Part shown: positions 1 to 10,207 of the stretch, one piece after another
Layout: every line of letters starts with the position of its first letter
Position numbering within the stretch: the first letter of the stretch is position 1
Origin: a virus
Taxonomy: Duplodnaviria; Caudoviricetes
DNA length: 46,430 nucleotides
Virus record (IMG/VR): IMGVR_UViG_3300024286_000008
Coordinates: 1 to 46,430 of that record
Strand: one strand, 5' to 3'
Made by a program: the position numbers and the translations under genes
The notes under the pieces: generated by a model
Database searches by the model: none
What the model was told of the DNA's origin: nothing
Seen by the model: only the letters and a program-made list of their open reading frames with translations

Positions 1-146
1 GGCCAGTACCCCCACACAGCGCCTGCCTTGCTGGTGGCCCCCATCCGAGAGGAGCTGGTCAGGCAAACCCAAGGCGAAAAGTGGCAGGAGGGCACAGCCC
101 CTGATGAGCTTGAGGAGAAAATCCGCCGCCACCAGGCAGAGGTCAA
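1..146. repeat. Terminal direct repeat, copy 1 (circular assembly overlap)
   Basis: 1-146 equals 46285-46430 except one mismatch (C20 vs A46304); unit genome 46284 bp. Confidence 0.97.
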
Positions 147-1575
147 AGACAGATCTCAAGGCACCCACACGGCACGAATGGGTCAGCTGGGCAGGCAGGG
201 ACCGTACACAGAGCAGGAGATAGCCCTCTGGTGCACACGCCTCAAACTACGCAGCCCCGAGGATCTGTCACTGCAGCTGATAGTGAGTGTCAAAGGGGAC
301 TGTTATGTATTCTTTGAGGGAGAATACCTGCACGCTGGCAGCCGTGAGCACGCTGAGGAATTCGTGCGCCACAGGCTGCAGCCTGCCACCAGCCTGCCAG
401 GCGTAACGCTGATGGAGCTGGATAAAACTAAGCTGGGTTATGCCGTCAAAGAGAAAGCCTGGCCCCAGCTGATGCGATCCTATGGCACCACGGTGGAGGC
501 CATCAGTGAGAGCCTAACGCTGCCACACACAATGGTCGATTTGACTGTCAGACCCAGCCGTCTGTTAGTTGCGTGCTCACCCCGGAATGCAGCTTGTAAA
601 CCAGAGCAAAGCTCAAGGGTGGCCCAGGCACTGCAAACGATGGTGTCTGACAGTCATACCCATGAGATCTTACTATCCTGGTTGGCCACGGCGCCAAGGC
701 TGGAGCGTGCAACAGCAGCCCTGTACATGCATGGGCCCAAACGCAGTGGCAAGACCCAGCTGGCAGAGGGCCTGGCCCATCTCTGGGGCCATCGGCCAAC
801 AGAGCTGCAGGAGGCTGGGGCAGCTTTCAATGAGCACTTGACCAAGTGCCCTGTGGTCTTTGCCGATGAGAGCCTACCCCGAGAGTGGGCAGAGGATACC
901 GGCAAGCTGAGACGACTCATCACCAGCACACAGCACCCCATACGTGAGAAGTACAGGGCCAATCGGAACCTGGAGGGGGCCCTACGTGTGATCTTGGCCT
1001 CCAACTCTCTCCACATGCTGGCCAAAACCCATGAAACGCTGGAGCAGTGGGATATCGAGGCTATCTCAGAGCGTATCCTCTACATACCCTGCAGCAGCAC
1101 CCCAGCCCCCCACCTGTCAAGGGGGGAGATTGCCAACCACATCCTGTGGCTGGAGCAGACCCACCAGGTCACCCCGGATGGCAGGCTCTGGGTCTCAGGG
1201 ACTGACTCACCCCTGCACAGGGCACTACGGACCCAGGGACGCAACAGAGCTCTGGTCTGCCAGTGGCTGCTCAAGTTTTTGGAAAATCCGGCAATCTGCG
1301 ATAGCTCGCAGGAGAAGTATAAATACGACCTGGGGCCAGCCGGCTTATTCATAGCCCCCAGGCTCATTGCCCATAAATGGGACCAGTACCTGGGCACCAC
1401 CAGGCCCCTGGAGCTCCCACAAATAACGGCTGCCCTGTATGAGATTGCTGAAAAGGGTTTGAAAAAAGGCCTGGTCAGGGTACGGTTAGAAGACCTGTAT
1501 CAGTTTGCAACTCACCACACCTGGGGCATCGACTCCCTGGAGGAGTTGCAGGCCATGGTATGGGATCCCAAGTAA
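1..1575 (+). CDS. Primase-polymerase/SF3 helicase, C-terminal helicase part (continues from 45472 across the junction)
   Basis: Walker A GPKRSGKT, Walker B VVFADE, motif C ILASN; the frame is open back through the terminal repeat into the ORF starting near 45472. Confidence 0.88.
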   Translation, partial: GQYPHTAPALLVAPIREELVRQTQGEKWQEGTAPDELEEKIRRHQAEVKDRSQGTHTARMGQLGRQGPYTEQEIALWCTRLKLRSPEDLSLQLIVSVKGDCYVFFEGEYLHAGSREHAEEFVRHRLQPATSLPGVTLMELDKTKLGYAVKEKAWPQLMRSYGTTVEAISESLTLPHTMVDLTVRPSRLLVACSPRNAACKPEQSSRVAQALQTMVSDSHTHEILLSWLATAPRLERATAALYMHGPKRSGKTQLAEGLAHLWGHRPTELQEAGAAFNEHLTKCPVVFADESLPREWAEDTGKLRRLITSTQHPIREKYRANRNLEGALRVILASNSLHMLAKTHETLEQWDIEAISERILYIPCSSTPAPHLSRGEIANHILWLEQTHQVTPDGRLWVSGTDSPLHRALRTQGRNRALVCQWLLKFLENPAICDSSQEKYKYDLGPAGLFIAPRLIAHKWDQYLGTTRPLELPQITAALYEIAEKGLKKGLVRVRLEDLYQFATHHTWGIDSLEELQAMVWDPK

Positions 1576-1772
1576 AGGCAAGCACTAGTGACACGCCACA
1601 GTCAGGAGTAAAAACAGATCTTGTATAATTCAAAAATACTTGAAACCCACTGCCACTGCTGTGGTGAGTGGGCTGACATCCTGTGCACGGAAGTCTGGGA
1701 CGATACCGGGCATTATTGGGTGCCAGTGGGCAACTGCGAGAAATGCACGCCTCAGGAGCAGGACACTGCAGC

Positions 1773-3212
1773 ATGAGTAGCCCAGCCGTTCGACATCTGC
1801 CCCTGGTCCAAAAGTGGCCAGTGTCCCCGAGTGCTATAAAGACCACCCAGGGCTGTGAGCGAAAATGGGTCCTGGACTTTACGGCTGAGAGACTCGAGAC
1901 AGAGAAGCAGAAGCTTGGGACTGAGCTGCATGGGGTGCAACAGGCCTACTTGACCGTAGGCAAGGCCCAGGATCGCAGCACGAAAGTAGGGGCCATGGCC
2001 TTGGCTGGGCTGCCACACATGCCACCCCCCAAGTCTGGCCATGTCGAGACCAAGGCCACGTTGACAAAGGGCGGTATCCAGTATGTGCTAATCATGGACT
2101 ACCACGGGCCCAGCTCTCTGGTCCCTGGTGCCCCACCTGGCATGCCAGCAGTTATCGACCACAAAACCAGTAGCGACCCAGCCCGCTATGGGCTCTGGGG
2201 GCACGATGCTCTGGTGCAGGATCCCCAGGCCCTCATTTATGCAGCCAAGGCCCTGGAGGATGCCCCCACAGCTGACAGGGTATTCCTCCGATGGTTGTAT
2301 TATTGGACAAGCCGAAAATCCAAGGCCTTGCCCTCAGACACCATCATCACCAGGACAGAGGTAGAGGCGTACTGGTGGATACACGTGCACCCCTGGGCCC
2401 AGAGGATAATCGAGCTACAGACCCAGATGCCTGAGGGCAGGACAAATGCCCTAAAAAATAGCAGCCTCATAAACTTTGGAAATAGCCTGCCAGGCAACAC
2501 CCAAGAGTGTGATAAATACAGCGGCTGTCAGCACGCTGAGTCTCGGGGTGGCAGCTGCAGGCTGAGTCCCTCGGAAAAGCTCTCAGCTTGTTTTGAGGGC
2601 CTGGATGATGCCAAGGTCTCTGCTGTAACTAACCCAGTAATTCGACTAAACACGGCACAGAACGCTAACAACTCGGAAAACGGAAAAACCATGGATTTGT
2701 ATTCACGTTTGACACAGGGTCTCGGTACTTCCAACGGTGCTACCCAGGCCACTCAGGCAGCCCACGCAATCGACACAAAAAAGTCAACAGACATAATTAA
2801 TGCCCCTGAAAAGCCAGCCAGTGTGGCAGCCCCGGTCAAAGGGGCAGACCTCCTGGCTCACCTGCAATCTGTGGGAAAGAACGCCACATCCCAGGGAAAA
2901 AACACCACGGCTGTGTCAGTGCCTGCGCAGGCAGCTCCTGTTATTGTTGCTACTCCTACAGCTGAGAAAAAGACCCAAACTCCAGCTCCTGATATACGGG
3001 CAGCTGCTGGAAAGGTAACGGTAGCACCCAAGGTACCGGACGCAGTGCCTACAGGCGTGGTAGCTTCTCCAGCCACGTCTCCAGCTAACCGAGATGAGCT
3101 AGCCCACACACTAGCCTCTCACTTGGCTGGCAACCTGGCTCTGACCCCCACCCAGGTGGCTGCCAGAGCCTACGCAATCGCCGATGCTCTATTGAGTGTG
3201 AAAGCTACTTGA
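1773..3212 (+). CDS. PD-(D/E)XK exonuclease, Cas4/RecB-like, with long Ala/Pro/Thr-rich tail
   Basis: SPSAIK..GCERKW N-terminus, MD...IDHKTS catalytic motif, QALIYA, C-terminal Cys cluster; ATG 1773 preferred over GTG 1683. Confidence 0.8.
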   Translation: MSSPAVRHLPLVQKWPVSPSAIKTTQGCERKWVLDFTAERLETEKQKLGTELHGVQQAYLTVGKAQDRSTKVGAMALAGLPHMPPPKSGHVETKATLTKGGIQYVLIMDYHGPSSLVPGAPPGMPAVIDHKTSSDPARYGLWGHDALVQDPQALIYAAKALEDAPTADRVFLRWLYYWTSRKSKALPSDTIITRTEVEAYWWIHVHPWAQRIIELQTQMPEGRTNALKNSSLINFGNSLPGNTQECDKYSGCQHAESRGGSCRLSPSEKLSACFEGLDDAKVSAVTNPVIRLNTAQNANNSENGKTMDLYSRLTQGLGTSNGATQATQAAHAIDTKKSTDIINAPEKPASVAAPVKGADLLAHLQSVGKNATSQGKNTTAVSVPAQAAPVIVATPTAEKKTQTPAPDIRAAAGKVTVAPKVPDAVPTGVVASPATSPANRDELAHTLASHLAGNLALTPTQVAARAYAIADALLSVKAT

Positions 3213-3249
3213 CAGCTGGGCCACGTGAGGCCCCACCAGGTGCACACCC

Positions 3250-5079
3250 ATGAATGCAGTACCACGGACACCCCCAGGATCCATTGAGGTCCCTGACCAC
3301 TTTGACGCACTCATCGAGAAGTTTGGAGAGCCTAAAGACCCTCGGATCCCTAGAACGATGGAGGATCGATCGGTCCGTGTGTCCCCCGAGTTTCTAAGAA
3401 TCCAGGGGCTCCCTAAACGCCAATGGGCAGAGGCCCATGAGCTGGGCCACTTAATGGCTCTGCTTACCGAGGGCCTTAAGACACCTGGTGGAATGCAGTC
3501 TTTAAGGCCTGTCCAGGCAGCTGCTCTCCGAGAGGCTCACGACTTAAGAGGAGCTCTGCTCCCCATTCGAGTTGGAGGGGGCAAAACCCTGGTCTCTCTT
3601 TTGGCTCCACTGGTGCTGGGAGCTAAACGGCCAGTGCTTTTCGTGCCTGCTGCCCTCCGAGCAAAGACACGTATCGAGGCACGAAAGCTGGCCCTCCATT
3701 GGAGGATCCCAGCCGGAATAAGAGTCTTCTCTTACGAGATACTCTCAAGGGCTGCCCCGGGGTGGCTCGACACCTGCTGTGCAGGACAGCCCCCTGATTT
3801 GATCGTGGCTGATGAGGTCCACAAGCTCAAAAGCCAGGACGCTGGATGCACACGGGCAGTGAGGGCTTTCATGCGAAAGCACAAGCACGGCACCCCCACT
3901 CACGTGCCTTTCGTAGGCATGTCAGGATCGATTACAGCAAGAGGCCTAAAAGACTACAGACATATTCTGGTGTGGTGCCTGGGAGAGCACGCACCAGTGC
4001 CCAGAGATGCCTACGAAGGCCTGCTGTGGGGGCTGGCTCTGGATGAGAAAGTTGCGCCAGAGCAACGGGCAGACCCTGGGCCACTGGAGCAACTGGTGCC
4101 TGGAGAGACCTTTGAGGGAGACGCTCTCTCAAGAGCTCGACAGGCGTTTGGCTCTCGTTTGGTTTCCTCCCCAGGAGTCGTAACGACAAAAGAGGACATT
4201 CCTCAAACCGGTTTGACGATCACTGCCACCCACATGGATGCTCCTCCGAAGATAAGAGAGGCCATTGAGTGGATGCGTCAAAGCTGGTGCACGCCAGACG
4301 ATCACCCTTTCGAGAGTGCGATCCAGCTTTGGCAACACGCCAATGAAATGGCTGGTGGCGGTTTCTATTACGTCTGGGATCCACGTCCCCCCTCCGAATG
4401 GCTGGAGGCTAGGAAAGCTTGGTCAAAGTTTGTTCGTGGCATCCTGGCTCACAGCCAGAGCCTCCACACCCCTTTGCACGTGGTCTCTGCCATCCACTCA
4501 AAGCAAGTGGACGATGGGGGGCTTTACGCTGAGTGGAAAGCAATCGAGCCTACTTTCGAGCCAAATAGCGTCCCTGTCGGAATAGACGACACGACGCTTA
4601 ACTACGCTGCCAAGTGGCTTGAGGAGCATCCAGACACAGGACTCGTTTGGGTGTCGCACAAGTACTCTGGGAGAAGACTCTCGGAGCTCTCTGGAGTGCC
4701 TTACTTTGGAGCCTCTGCGATGGATGTCCGGTCTGGGAAGCTGGTGGAGGAGCACAACGGATCGGCGATCGTCTCCATCGCCAGCTGTCGAGAGGGACGC
4801 AACCTGCAGCGCTGGAATGCCAATCTAGTTCTGGTGCCCCCCACTGTTGGCTCCTGGTGGGAGCAGCTCTTGGGCAGGACTCACAGAGACGGGCAGGAGG
4901 CTGATGAGGTTACTTGCGAGATACCGCTCATGTTGAGGGAGCAATATGAAGCCCTCCAGCAGGCTATCCAGGACGCTGAGTACACCCAGCTAACCACGGG
5001 CATGCCACAAAAGCTGGTGTACGCGACCAAGGACATCCCTGACCTAAGGGAGGCTATCGAGAGTGGGTTTCTGCTGTGA
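3250..5079 (+). CDS. Superfamily 2 (SNF2/DEAD-like) helicase
   Basis: Q motif LRPVQ, GGGKT, DEVH, SGS, GRNLQ, QLLGRTHRDGQ. Confidence 0.9.
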   Translation: MNAVPRTPPGSIEVPDHFDALIEKFGEPKDPRIPRTMEDRSVRVSPEFLRIQGLPKRQWAEAHELGHLMALLTEGLKTPGGMQSLRPVQAAALREAHDLRGALLPIRVGGGKTLVSLLAPLVLGAKRPVLFVPAALRAKTRIEARKLALHWRIPAGIRVFSYEILSRAAPGWLDTCCAGQPPDLIVADEVHKLKSQDAGCTRAVRAFMRKHKHGTPTHVPFVGMSGSITARGLKDYRHILVWCLGEHAPVPRDAYEGLLWGLALDEKVAPEQRADPGPLEQLVPGETFEGDALSRARQAFGSRLVSSPGVVTTKEDIPQTGLTITATHMDAPPKIREAIEWMRQSWCTPDDHPFESAIQLWQHANEMAGGGFYYVWDPRPPSEWLEARKAWSKFVRGILAHSQSLHTPLHVVSAIHSKQVDDGGLYAEWKAIEPTFEPNSVPVGIDDTTLNYAAKWLEEHPDTGLVWVSHKYSGRRLSELSGVPYFGASAMDVRSGKLVEEHNGSAIVSIASCREGRNLQRWNANLVLVPPTVGSWWEQLLGRTHRDGQEADEVTCEIPLMLREQYEALQQAIQDAEYTQLTTGMPQKLVYATKDIPDLREAIESGFLL

Positions 5080-5217
5080 GTTACCTATAAATCAAATATA
5101 GACTTTTCGTGCTTTCCAGCAGTGCCCACTGGACTCAGCGTGGCCAGTTGGTGCATGCTGGGTGGGTCGACACTGGCTCAAAAATCAAAGATAGAAAAGA
5201 CGGGGATTTAGACAAGC

Positions 5218-5736
5218 ATGGACTATGACGCGCTATTCAATGGTCTCAATGAGGCACACGTAACCGAGAGACTACCCAAGATCACGGATGGAGATTTTAC
5301 TTTCCAGGTGCTGGAGCTGAAAAACGTGGATGGGCACCACGGCTTTAGCCTGGTTATCGAGTTGAGAGTATTGGAGTCTGACAATCCAGACTTCCCTGCT
5401 GGGTCTATGGGGAGCATCTCTATCAACGGCCTACGGTCTGACAATAAGACCAAACGTCAAGCTGCCCTGGGCAACGTCAAAGGTTTTCTTGGAGCAGCCC
5501 TGCACATTGACCCTGACTCGCCACAGCAGTGGATGGGCATCGCAAAGATGATGATTGAGAGGGAGCTCCTCCAGGGGGCTGTCCTGTGCACGCTGGCAGC
5601 CACGGTACAGACCAAGCCGGACCAGACGGGCAAAAGCTACAACTACATCCGGCATACGTATCGAGAGTTTGCGGAAAACCCCAGGACCATGACTGCCATC
5701 CTGGCTGATATGAGCCAGCAGCAGGGTGCTGCGTGA
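5218..5736 (+). CDS. Probable phage ssDNA-binding protein (OB-fold type)
   Basis: Size, beta-rich pattern (DGDFTFQV...LVIELRVLES) and position between helicase and PolA. Confidence 0.55.
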   Translation: MDYDALFNGLNEAHVTERLPKITDGDFTFQVLELKNVDGHHGFSLVIELRVLESDNPDFPAGSMGSISINGLRSDNKTKRQAALGNVKGFLGAALHIDPDSPQQWMGIAKMMIERELLQGAVLCTLAATVQTKPDQTGKSYNYIRHTYREFAENPRTMTAILADMSQQQGAA

Positions 5737-7982
5737 GTGCTGATGGAGACCGGGCAGGACGCCTGGCCCACTCTCACCCAGCCCTGACCCTTGGCTCACT
5801 CAAGCTGGAGGAGGTCTCACTCAAGGCCAGCGCTCCAAACATCGTGGCCTGGGACACTGAGACCTTTCTCATGGACAGGGCCCTGGTGGCTCCTCCCATG
5901 GTCTGCCTGCAGTATGCAGACGTAACCACGGACTGGAATGGCAGGGTGTTGCATGCCCGGCTGGCCCCTGACTCAGAGGAGGCCCTGGCCTTACTCGAGG
6001 AGTGGCTGGCATCAGACGTGGTGATGGTGGCCCATAACCTGCCCTACGATGTGGCGGTTATCGTGGTGCACTGGCCCCACCTAATACAGTTGGTGGTGGA
6101 CAAGTTTTTCCGTGGCCAATTCCACTGCACTGTCATACGCCAAAAGCTCATCGACTGCGCATTAGGCTTGCTCAAGGATGAGGGCAATAACAGGAGTTAC
6201 AGCCTGGAGGCTGTGGCAGCCCACTTCAAACTGCTCAAGGATGGAGCTGACCCTTGGCGTTTGCGTTATGCAGAGCTGCACGATGTCCCTGTCGAGCTCT
6301 GGCCCCCAGAGGCCCATGCCTATGCAGCCCATGATCCTGTGCCAGTGGCTGAGATCTGGCTCAGGCAGGAGTGGTGCGATATGCAGTGGCTCACGCTGCA
6401 TGGGAGCAGCATCCTGTATGCAGGTACGTCCTGGGGTGGGGAGTGTGCCCTACGTACCGAGACAGCCTGGAATCTGCACTTAGCCCAGTGTGGAGGCTTT
6501 CGCACGCACAGGGGCAGGACTGAGGCCCTGAGAGACAAGCTCACAGCCCAGCTCCAGCGCTGGAGGGTGGAGCTCCAGGGGGTGGGACTGGTCCGTAGCC
6601 TAACGTCCGCTGGGAGGCGCACAGCCGTTCGACGGTCCCCCCTGGCTGCCGATGATGCCACCATCGGAGACCACCTGTTGGCCCAGTACCTGACCCCAGA
6701 GGAGTGGCAGCAGTACCAGGACCCTGACCCCAGCAAGCCCAAGGCTGTGGCCAAGGCCAGGCTGCTGAGGGCCACGGCTGACAAGCCCCATGTCCGAAAG
6801 CTCACGGACACTGGCTTTGAGCTGGCCAGGAGTCGAGCCAAAAACCAGGGCCTCAGACTCAAGGGCCCTGAGCTCTGGGCCATGCTCTCCGAAAAAGAGC
6901 GGTTTGACTACCTGTGCACTGATTACGATGCCTGTGTCCTGAGTGGGGATGAGCAGCTGGTGACACTGGCTGAGTACGGGTCAGCTGACTTGCTGCTGGG
7001 GGGCATTGAGGATCTGGCCCATGGCTATCAACTGCCCCTGCAATCGGGGTTTGACCCGTTGAAAACCACGGGCAGGACCTCCAGCTATAAGCCCAAAAAA
7101 GGGGGGGTGCTCAAGGGTAAGCAGCTCCAGAATTTTGGGTCTGACCTGGGTGTCAGGGAGTGTGTGATCCCCAGGCCTGGCAACGCCTTTATCCAGGGGG
7201 ACTACCCAGGAGCAGAGCTGCATACGCACGCTCAAAACTGCCTGGAGCTCTTTGGAGCCTCAGCCCTGGCAGACATGCTCAAGGCAGGGATTGACCCCCA
7301 CCTAAAGTTTGGGGCCAAAACCATTGGCCTAGACTACAGCTTTGCTATCGAGCACAAGGCAGACCCTGTACTGCAAAAAGCACGTGGCAGAGCCAAGCCT
7401 GCAAACTTTGGTTTTCCAGGCTGCATGGGGCCTGAATCGTTTGTTGTTTACAGCCGTGCTCAATGGGACACCATTTTTACGCTGGATGAGGCTGTCCAGA
7501 TACGGGCTGACTGGCTGCAGGCATTCCCCGAGAATGAGGCCTATTTTCAATGGGTACAGAGCACAGCCTCTGACCACGGTGGGGCCATCCAGCAATTCAA
7601 ATCTGGCAGGTGGCGTGGTGGGGCCACGTACTCAGCCAAGTGCAATGGGTACTTCCAAGGACGTTGCGCCGATGGAGCTCTGGCTGCCCTCAGGGTGGTG
7701 GTGCGTGAGACTTTCGATAAACGCAGCCCCCTGTACGGATTCAAGTTAGTCAACTTTGTCCATGATGAGCTCATCCTGGAGGGCCCTCTGGACAGGTGCA
7801 GCCCAGCCGCTCAAAGGCTGGCTGATGTCATGCTGACAGAATTCAATGAGTGGGTGATTGACGTACCTATCAAGAAAGTTACGCCATGCGTAATGCTCAC
7901 CTGGAGCAAGAAAGCCCAGACGATATGGGCAGCCGATGGCCAGACGATACTGCCTTGGGACCTCCAACAGGTGGCGGCATAA
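5733..7982 (+). CDS. polA: Family A DNA polymerase with 3'-5' exonuclease domain
   Basis: ExoI WDTET, ExoII HNLPYD, TTGRTSS, motif A DYPGAELH, motif B RGRAKPANFG, motif C VHDE; GTGA overlap with upstream stop. Confidence 0.93.
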   Translation: MSADGDRAGRLAHSHPALTLGSLKLEEVSLKASAPNIVAWDTETFLMDRALVAPPMVCLQYADVTTDWNGRVLHARLAPDSEEALALLEEWLASDVVMVAHNLPYDVAVIVVHWPHLIQLVVDKFFRGQFHCTVIRQKLIDCALGLLKDEGNNRSYSLEAVAAHFKLLKDGADPWRLRYAELHDVPVELWPPEAHAYAAHDPVPVAEIWLRQEWCDMQWLTLHGSSILYAGTSWGGECALRTETAWNLHLAQCGGFRTHRGRTEALRDKLTAQLQRWRVELQGVGLVRSLTSAGRRTAVRRSPLAADDATIGDHLLAQYLTPEEWQQYQDPDPSKPKAVAKARLLRATADKPHVRKLTDTGFELARSRAKNQGLRLKGPELWAMLSEKERFDYLCTDYDACVLSGDEQLVTLAEYGSADLLLGGIEDLAHGYQLPLQSGFDPLKTTGRTSSYKPKKGGVLKGKQLQNFGSDLGVRECVIPRPGNAFIQGDYPGAELHTHAQNCLELFGASALADMLKAGIDPHLKFGAKTIGLDYSFAIEHKADPVLQKARGRAKPANFGFPGCMGPESFVVYSRAQWDTIFTLDEAVQIRADWLQAFPENEAYFQWVQSTASDHGGAIQQFKSGRWRGGATYSAKCNGYFQGRCADGALAALRVVVRETFDKRSPLYGFKLVNFVHDELILEGPLDRCSPAAQRLADVMLTEFNEWVIDVPIKKVTPCVMLTWSKKAQTIWAADGQTILPWDLQQVAA

Positions 7983-8096
7983 GTGGACTGTCTATGCACC
8001 TGGGGGTGGGTACTTGGATGCATCGGCTATCTAATTCTGGTGGTGCATTTTGTGGCAGCTAAACAGTCCAAGTCTGAGACATGGTGGCAGCCGTGA
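7983..8096 (+). CDS. Small putative membrane peptide (37 aa)
   Basis: GTG directly after the polA stop; hydrophobic stretch WGWVLGCIGYLILVVHFVAA; below the ORF-track cutoff. Confidence 0.4.
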   Translation: MDCLCTWGWVLGCIGYLILVVHFVAAKQSKSETWWQP

Positions 8097-8124
8097 TCAC
8101 ACCCGCATACAGGGGGGTACATAA

Positions 8125-8784
8125 ATGGTAGCCCATGCACCAAAGAGCTTGAGATCTTTCTACGGGGCCAGCGATCGTCTGGTGCACCACGAGCCTACAA
8201 GTGCTGCACACCCTGAAACTGTGCGTACGCTCATAGGCTCTCCCACCCAGGATAGGCCCCAGGAAGTGTATACACCCCCTGAGATACGAGACCTGGCCCA
8301 GGCAGTTTTTGGTGGCCCCATTCGATTAGACCCTTGTGCTGGCCCTGACTCGATACTGCAACCAGAGAGGGCATATTATGGTCAGCAGGTGCCCACTGGA
8401 AAAATCAAAAAAGATGGAACCCCAGTATATAAATGGGAGGGTCCAGGGCTGACTGCCCCCTGGTGTGACTCCACCTACTGCAACAGCCCATATGATGAGC
8501 TGGAGCCATGGATGGAAAAGGCAGCCAGGGAGGCCACAAAAAACTTTGAGATCCTGCAACTGGTGCCTGTCCGGTGCCATCGGAAGTGGTGGAGGAGGAT
8601 TGCCCTCAGGGGTGCCGACGCCATCGGCTGGCTTGACCCCCTGCAGTTTTTGGGCTTTGCCCAGACGTTCCCAGCACCCCTGGCCCTGCTGTACTGGGGC
8701 ATAACACCGGCTGTGTTTTGCGCACTATTTGAAAACAAAGGACTTGGAGATGCAGAGCTCAGATGCAGGCCATTTTGTGGATGA
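8125..8784 (+). CDS. Phage Dam-type DNA N6-adenine methyltransferase
   Basis: YTPPE, LDPCA (SAM-binding) and YCNSPY (NPPY-like) motifs, LVPVR. Confidence 0.8.
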   Translation: MVAHAPKSLRSFYGASDRLVHHEPTSAAHPETVRTLIGSPTQDRPQEVYTPPEIRDLAQAVFGGPIRLDPCAGPDSILQPERAYYGQQVPTGKIKKDGTPVYKWEGPGLTAPWCDSTYCNSPYDELEPWMEKAAREATKNFEILQLVPVRCHRKWWRRIALRGADAIGWLDPLQFLGFAQTFPAPLALLYWGITPAVFCALFENKGLGDAELRCRPFCG

Positions 8785-9235
8785 GCAGAATATGACATCC
8801 CTCACCAGGTACAGCCGAGTGCTGGCCATCGATCCTGGGGTCAAGTACCTGGGGTTTGCCTTTGCCACAGGTGGGCAGATAATCAGATGTGGGTATCTGC
8901 CTGACATCAAAGATGCGGCATTCTTGAAAACTCTGAATGCCCAAATATGTATTTTAGAGAAACCCGTGCAATATGCTGGCTCCAAGGCCCCGAGGGCTGA
9001 TATCTCTGACTTGTCTATGGCAACGGGCAGAATTGAGGCTCTTGTGGGGTGCCCCAGGACACTGCTCTGGGCACCGTACGAATGGAAGGGCCAGACACCC
9101 AAGGACATCCACCAGGCCAGGATCGTGGCGTGTCTCCTCCCAGACGAAAAAAGCCAGCTGCCAGAGGCCAAGGGCCACAGGGGCCACGTAATCGATGCCT
9201 GTGGGATGCTACTAAAGTATATGCGGCGTCTGTAG
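8729..9235 (+). CDS. RuvC-like Holliday junction resolvase
   Basis: VLAIDPG, ILEKP, P..WKG, HVIDA; true start may be 8777 or 8792. Confidence 0.75.
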   Translation: MKTKDLEMQSSDAGHFVDEQNMTSLTRYSRVLAIDPGVKYLGFAFATGGQIIRCGYLPDIKDAAFLKTLNAQICILEKPVQYAGSKAPRADISDLSMATGRIEALVGCPRTLLWAPYEWKGQTPKDIHQARIVACLLPDEKSQLPEAKGHRGHVIDACGMLLKYMRRL

Positions 9236-9249
9236 CCCAGCTGGGCCCC

Positions 9250-9279
9250 TTGACCATTCGACAAAATACACGGCACAAT
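9250..9279 (+). promoter_or_regulatory. Sigma70-like promoter
   Basis: TTGACC-18 bp-CACAAT in an AT-rich intergenic gap. Confidence 0.5.
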
Positions 9280-9343
9280 AAATGGCTACGTCTGAGTTTT
9301 GTAAAACAAAAAGGTAGGTGTTTTGGTGTTCAATATCACGCAT

Positions 9344-10207
9344 ATGGCAAAGCCTGGTCTGTGTAAGGCACGCCGCTGCAAGTTTGTGGTGGTCTCGGAT
9401 GGGCTTTGTGAGAAGCATCTGGCCGAATGGAATGCAGCCGGGCAGCCTCCCTTTGCCACCACGGGCAGCGCCATCGTGAGCACAAACCTGCTGAGCCACG
9501 GCACCCAGGAGGGCCTGGCTGAGGAACGTGTCAACGCTGAAAAATCCTTGTCCCTGATTGAGACCTTTGAGATCACATCTCAGGAGACCATGGACATGGC
9601 TGGGCAGTTTCTGTCTGGTGTACGTGAGGCTGGGGAGGGCCTGACTCGGAGGATGGAGGAGCAGCTAGCTCCCCTGAAAGCCAGTGAGGAGTCAATCCTG
9701 GCTGTCTTTGGGCCTCTCAAACAAATTTACGCCTCCTGTGAGAGCAGCCTGAGGGCCAAAATCAACGGGCATATCCGTAGGCAGCAGGAGCTCCAGGATG
9801 CAGCCCGGATGGAGGTAGAGGCAGCTGGTGGCTCTGTCGACTCCAACACCCTGACCATTGCGCATGGCATTGAAAACGTGGCCCTGCCCGTGGGCATGGG
9901 TGTGCGTGAGACCTGGTCCTATGAGGTCACAGACGAGTCAGCCCTGAGGCGTGCAGCATCTGTGGGGGAGCTACGCAAGCGCATTGTGGAGCTGGGCAGG
10001 GAGGAGGAGCTGGAGGGCTTTCTCCAGGCAGTGCAGGAGCTGATGGGAGTCGAGACACACGTCTCCACTGCCATGCTGGCTGTCAACCATAAGCACCTGG
10101 CAGCAGTGGCACGGTCCCTCAAGACAGAGGCCAACATCCCAGGCGTGAGAGTCTTCTCCGAGACCACAGCCACAGCCCCGAGACGCAACGGCAACGCTAC
10201 GGCATAG
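9344..10207 (+). CDS. Coiled-coil phage protein with N-terminal Cys/His motif and IPGV-type C-terminus
   Basis: CxxxxC...LCEKH, long helical middle, ANIPGVRVF; ATG 9344 (track start TTG 9323). Confidence 0.7.
   Translation: MAKPGLCKARRCKFVVVSDGLCEKHLAEWNAAGQPPFATTGSAIVSTNLLSHGTQEGLAEERVNAEKSLSLIETFEITSQETMDMAGQFLSGVREAGEGLTRRMEEQLAPLKASEESILAVFGPLKQIYASCESSLRAKINGHIRRQQELQDAARMEVEAAGGSVDSNTLTIAHGIENVALPVGMGVRETWSYEVTDESALRRAASVGELRKRIVELGREEELEGFLQAVQELMGVETHVSTAMLAVNHKHLAAVARSLKTEANIPGVRVFSETTATAPRRNGNATA

Noticed and set aside
1-146. Terminal repeat as a biological DTR or att core
   Set aside because: It is read-length sized and falls in mid-gene with a continuous frame; most simply an assembly overlap of a circular molecule
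5733-7982. Intein or intron in polA
   Set aside because: The extra thumb-region sequence shows no intein end motifs or LAGLIDADG blocks, and the frame is uninterrupted
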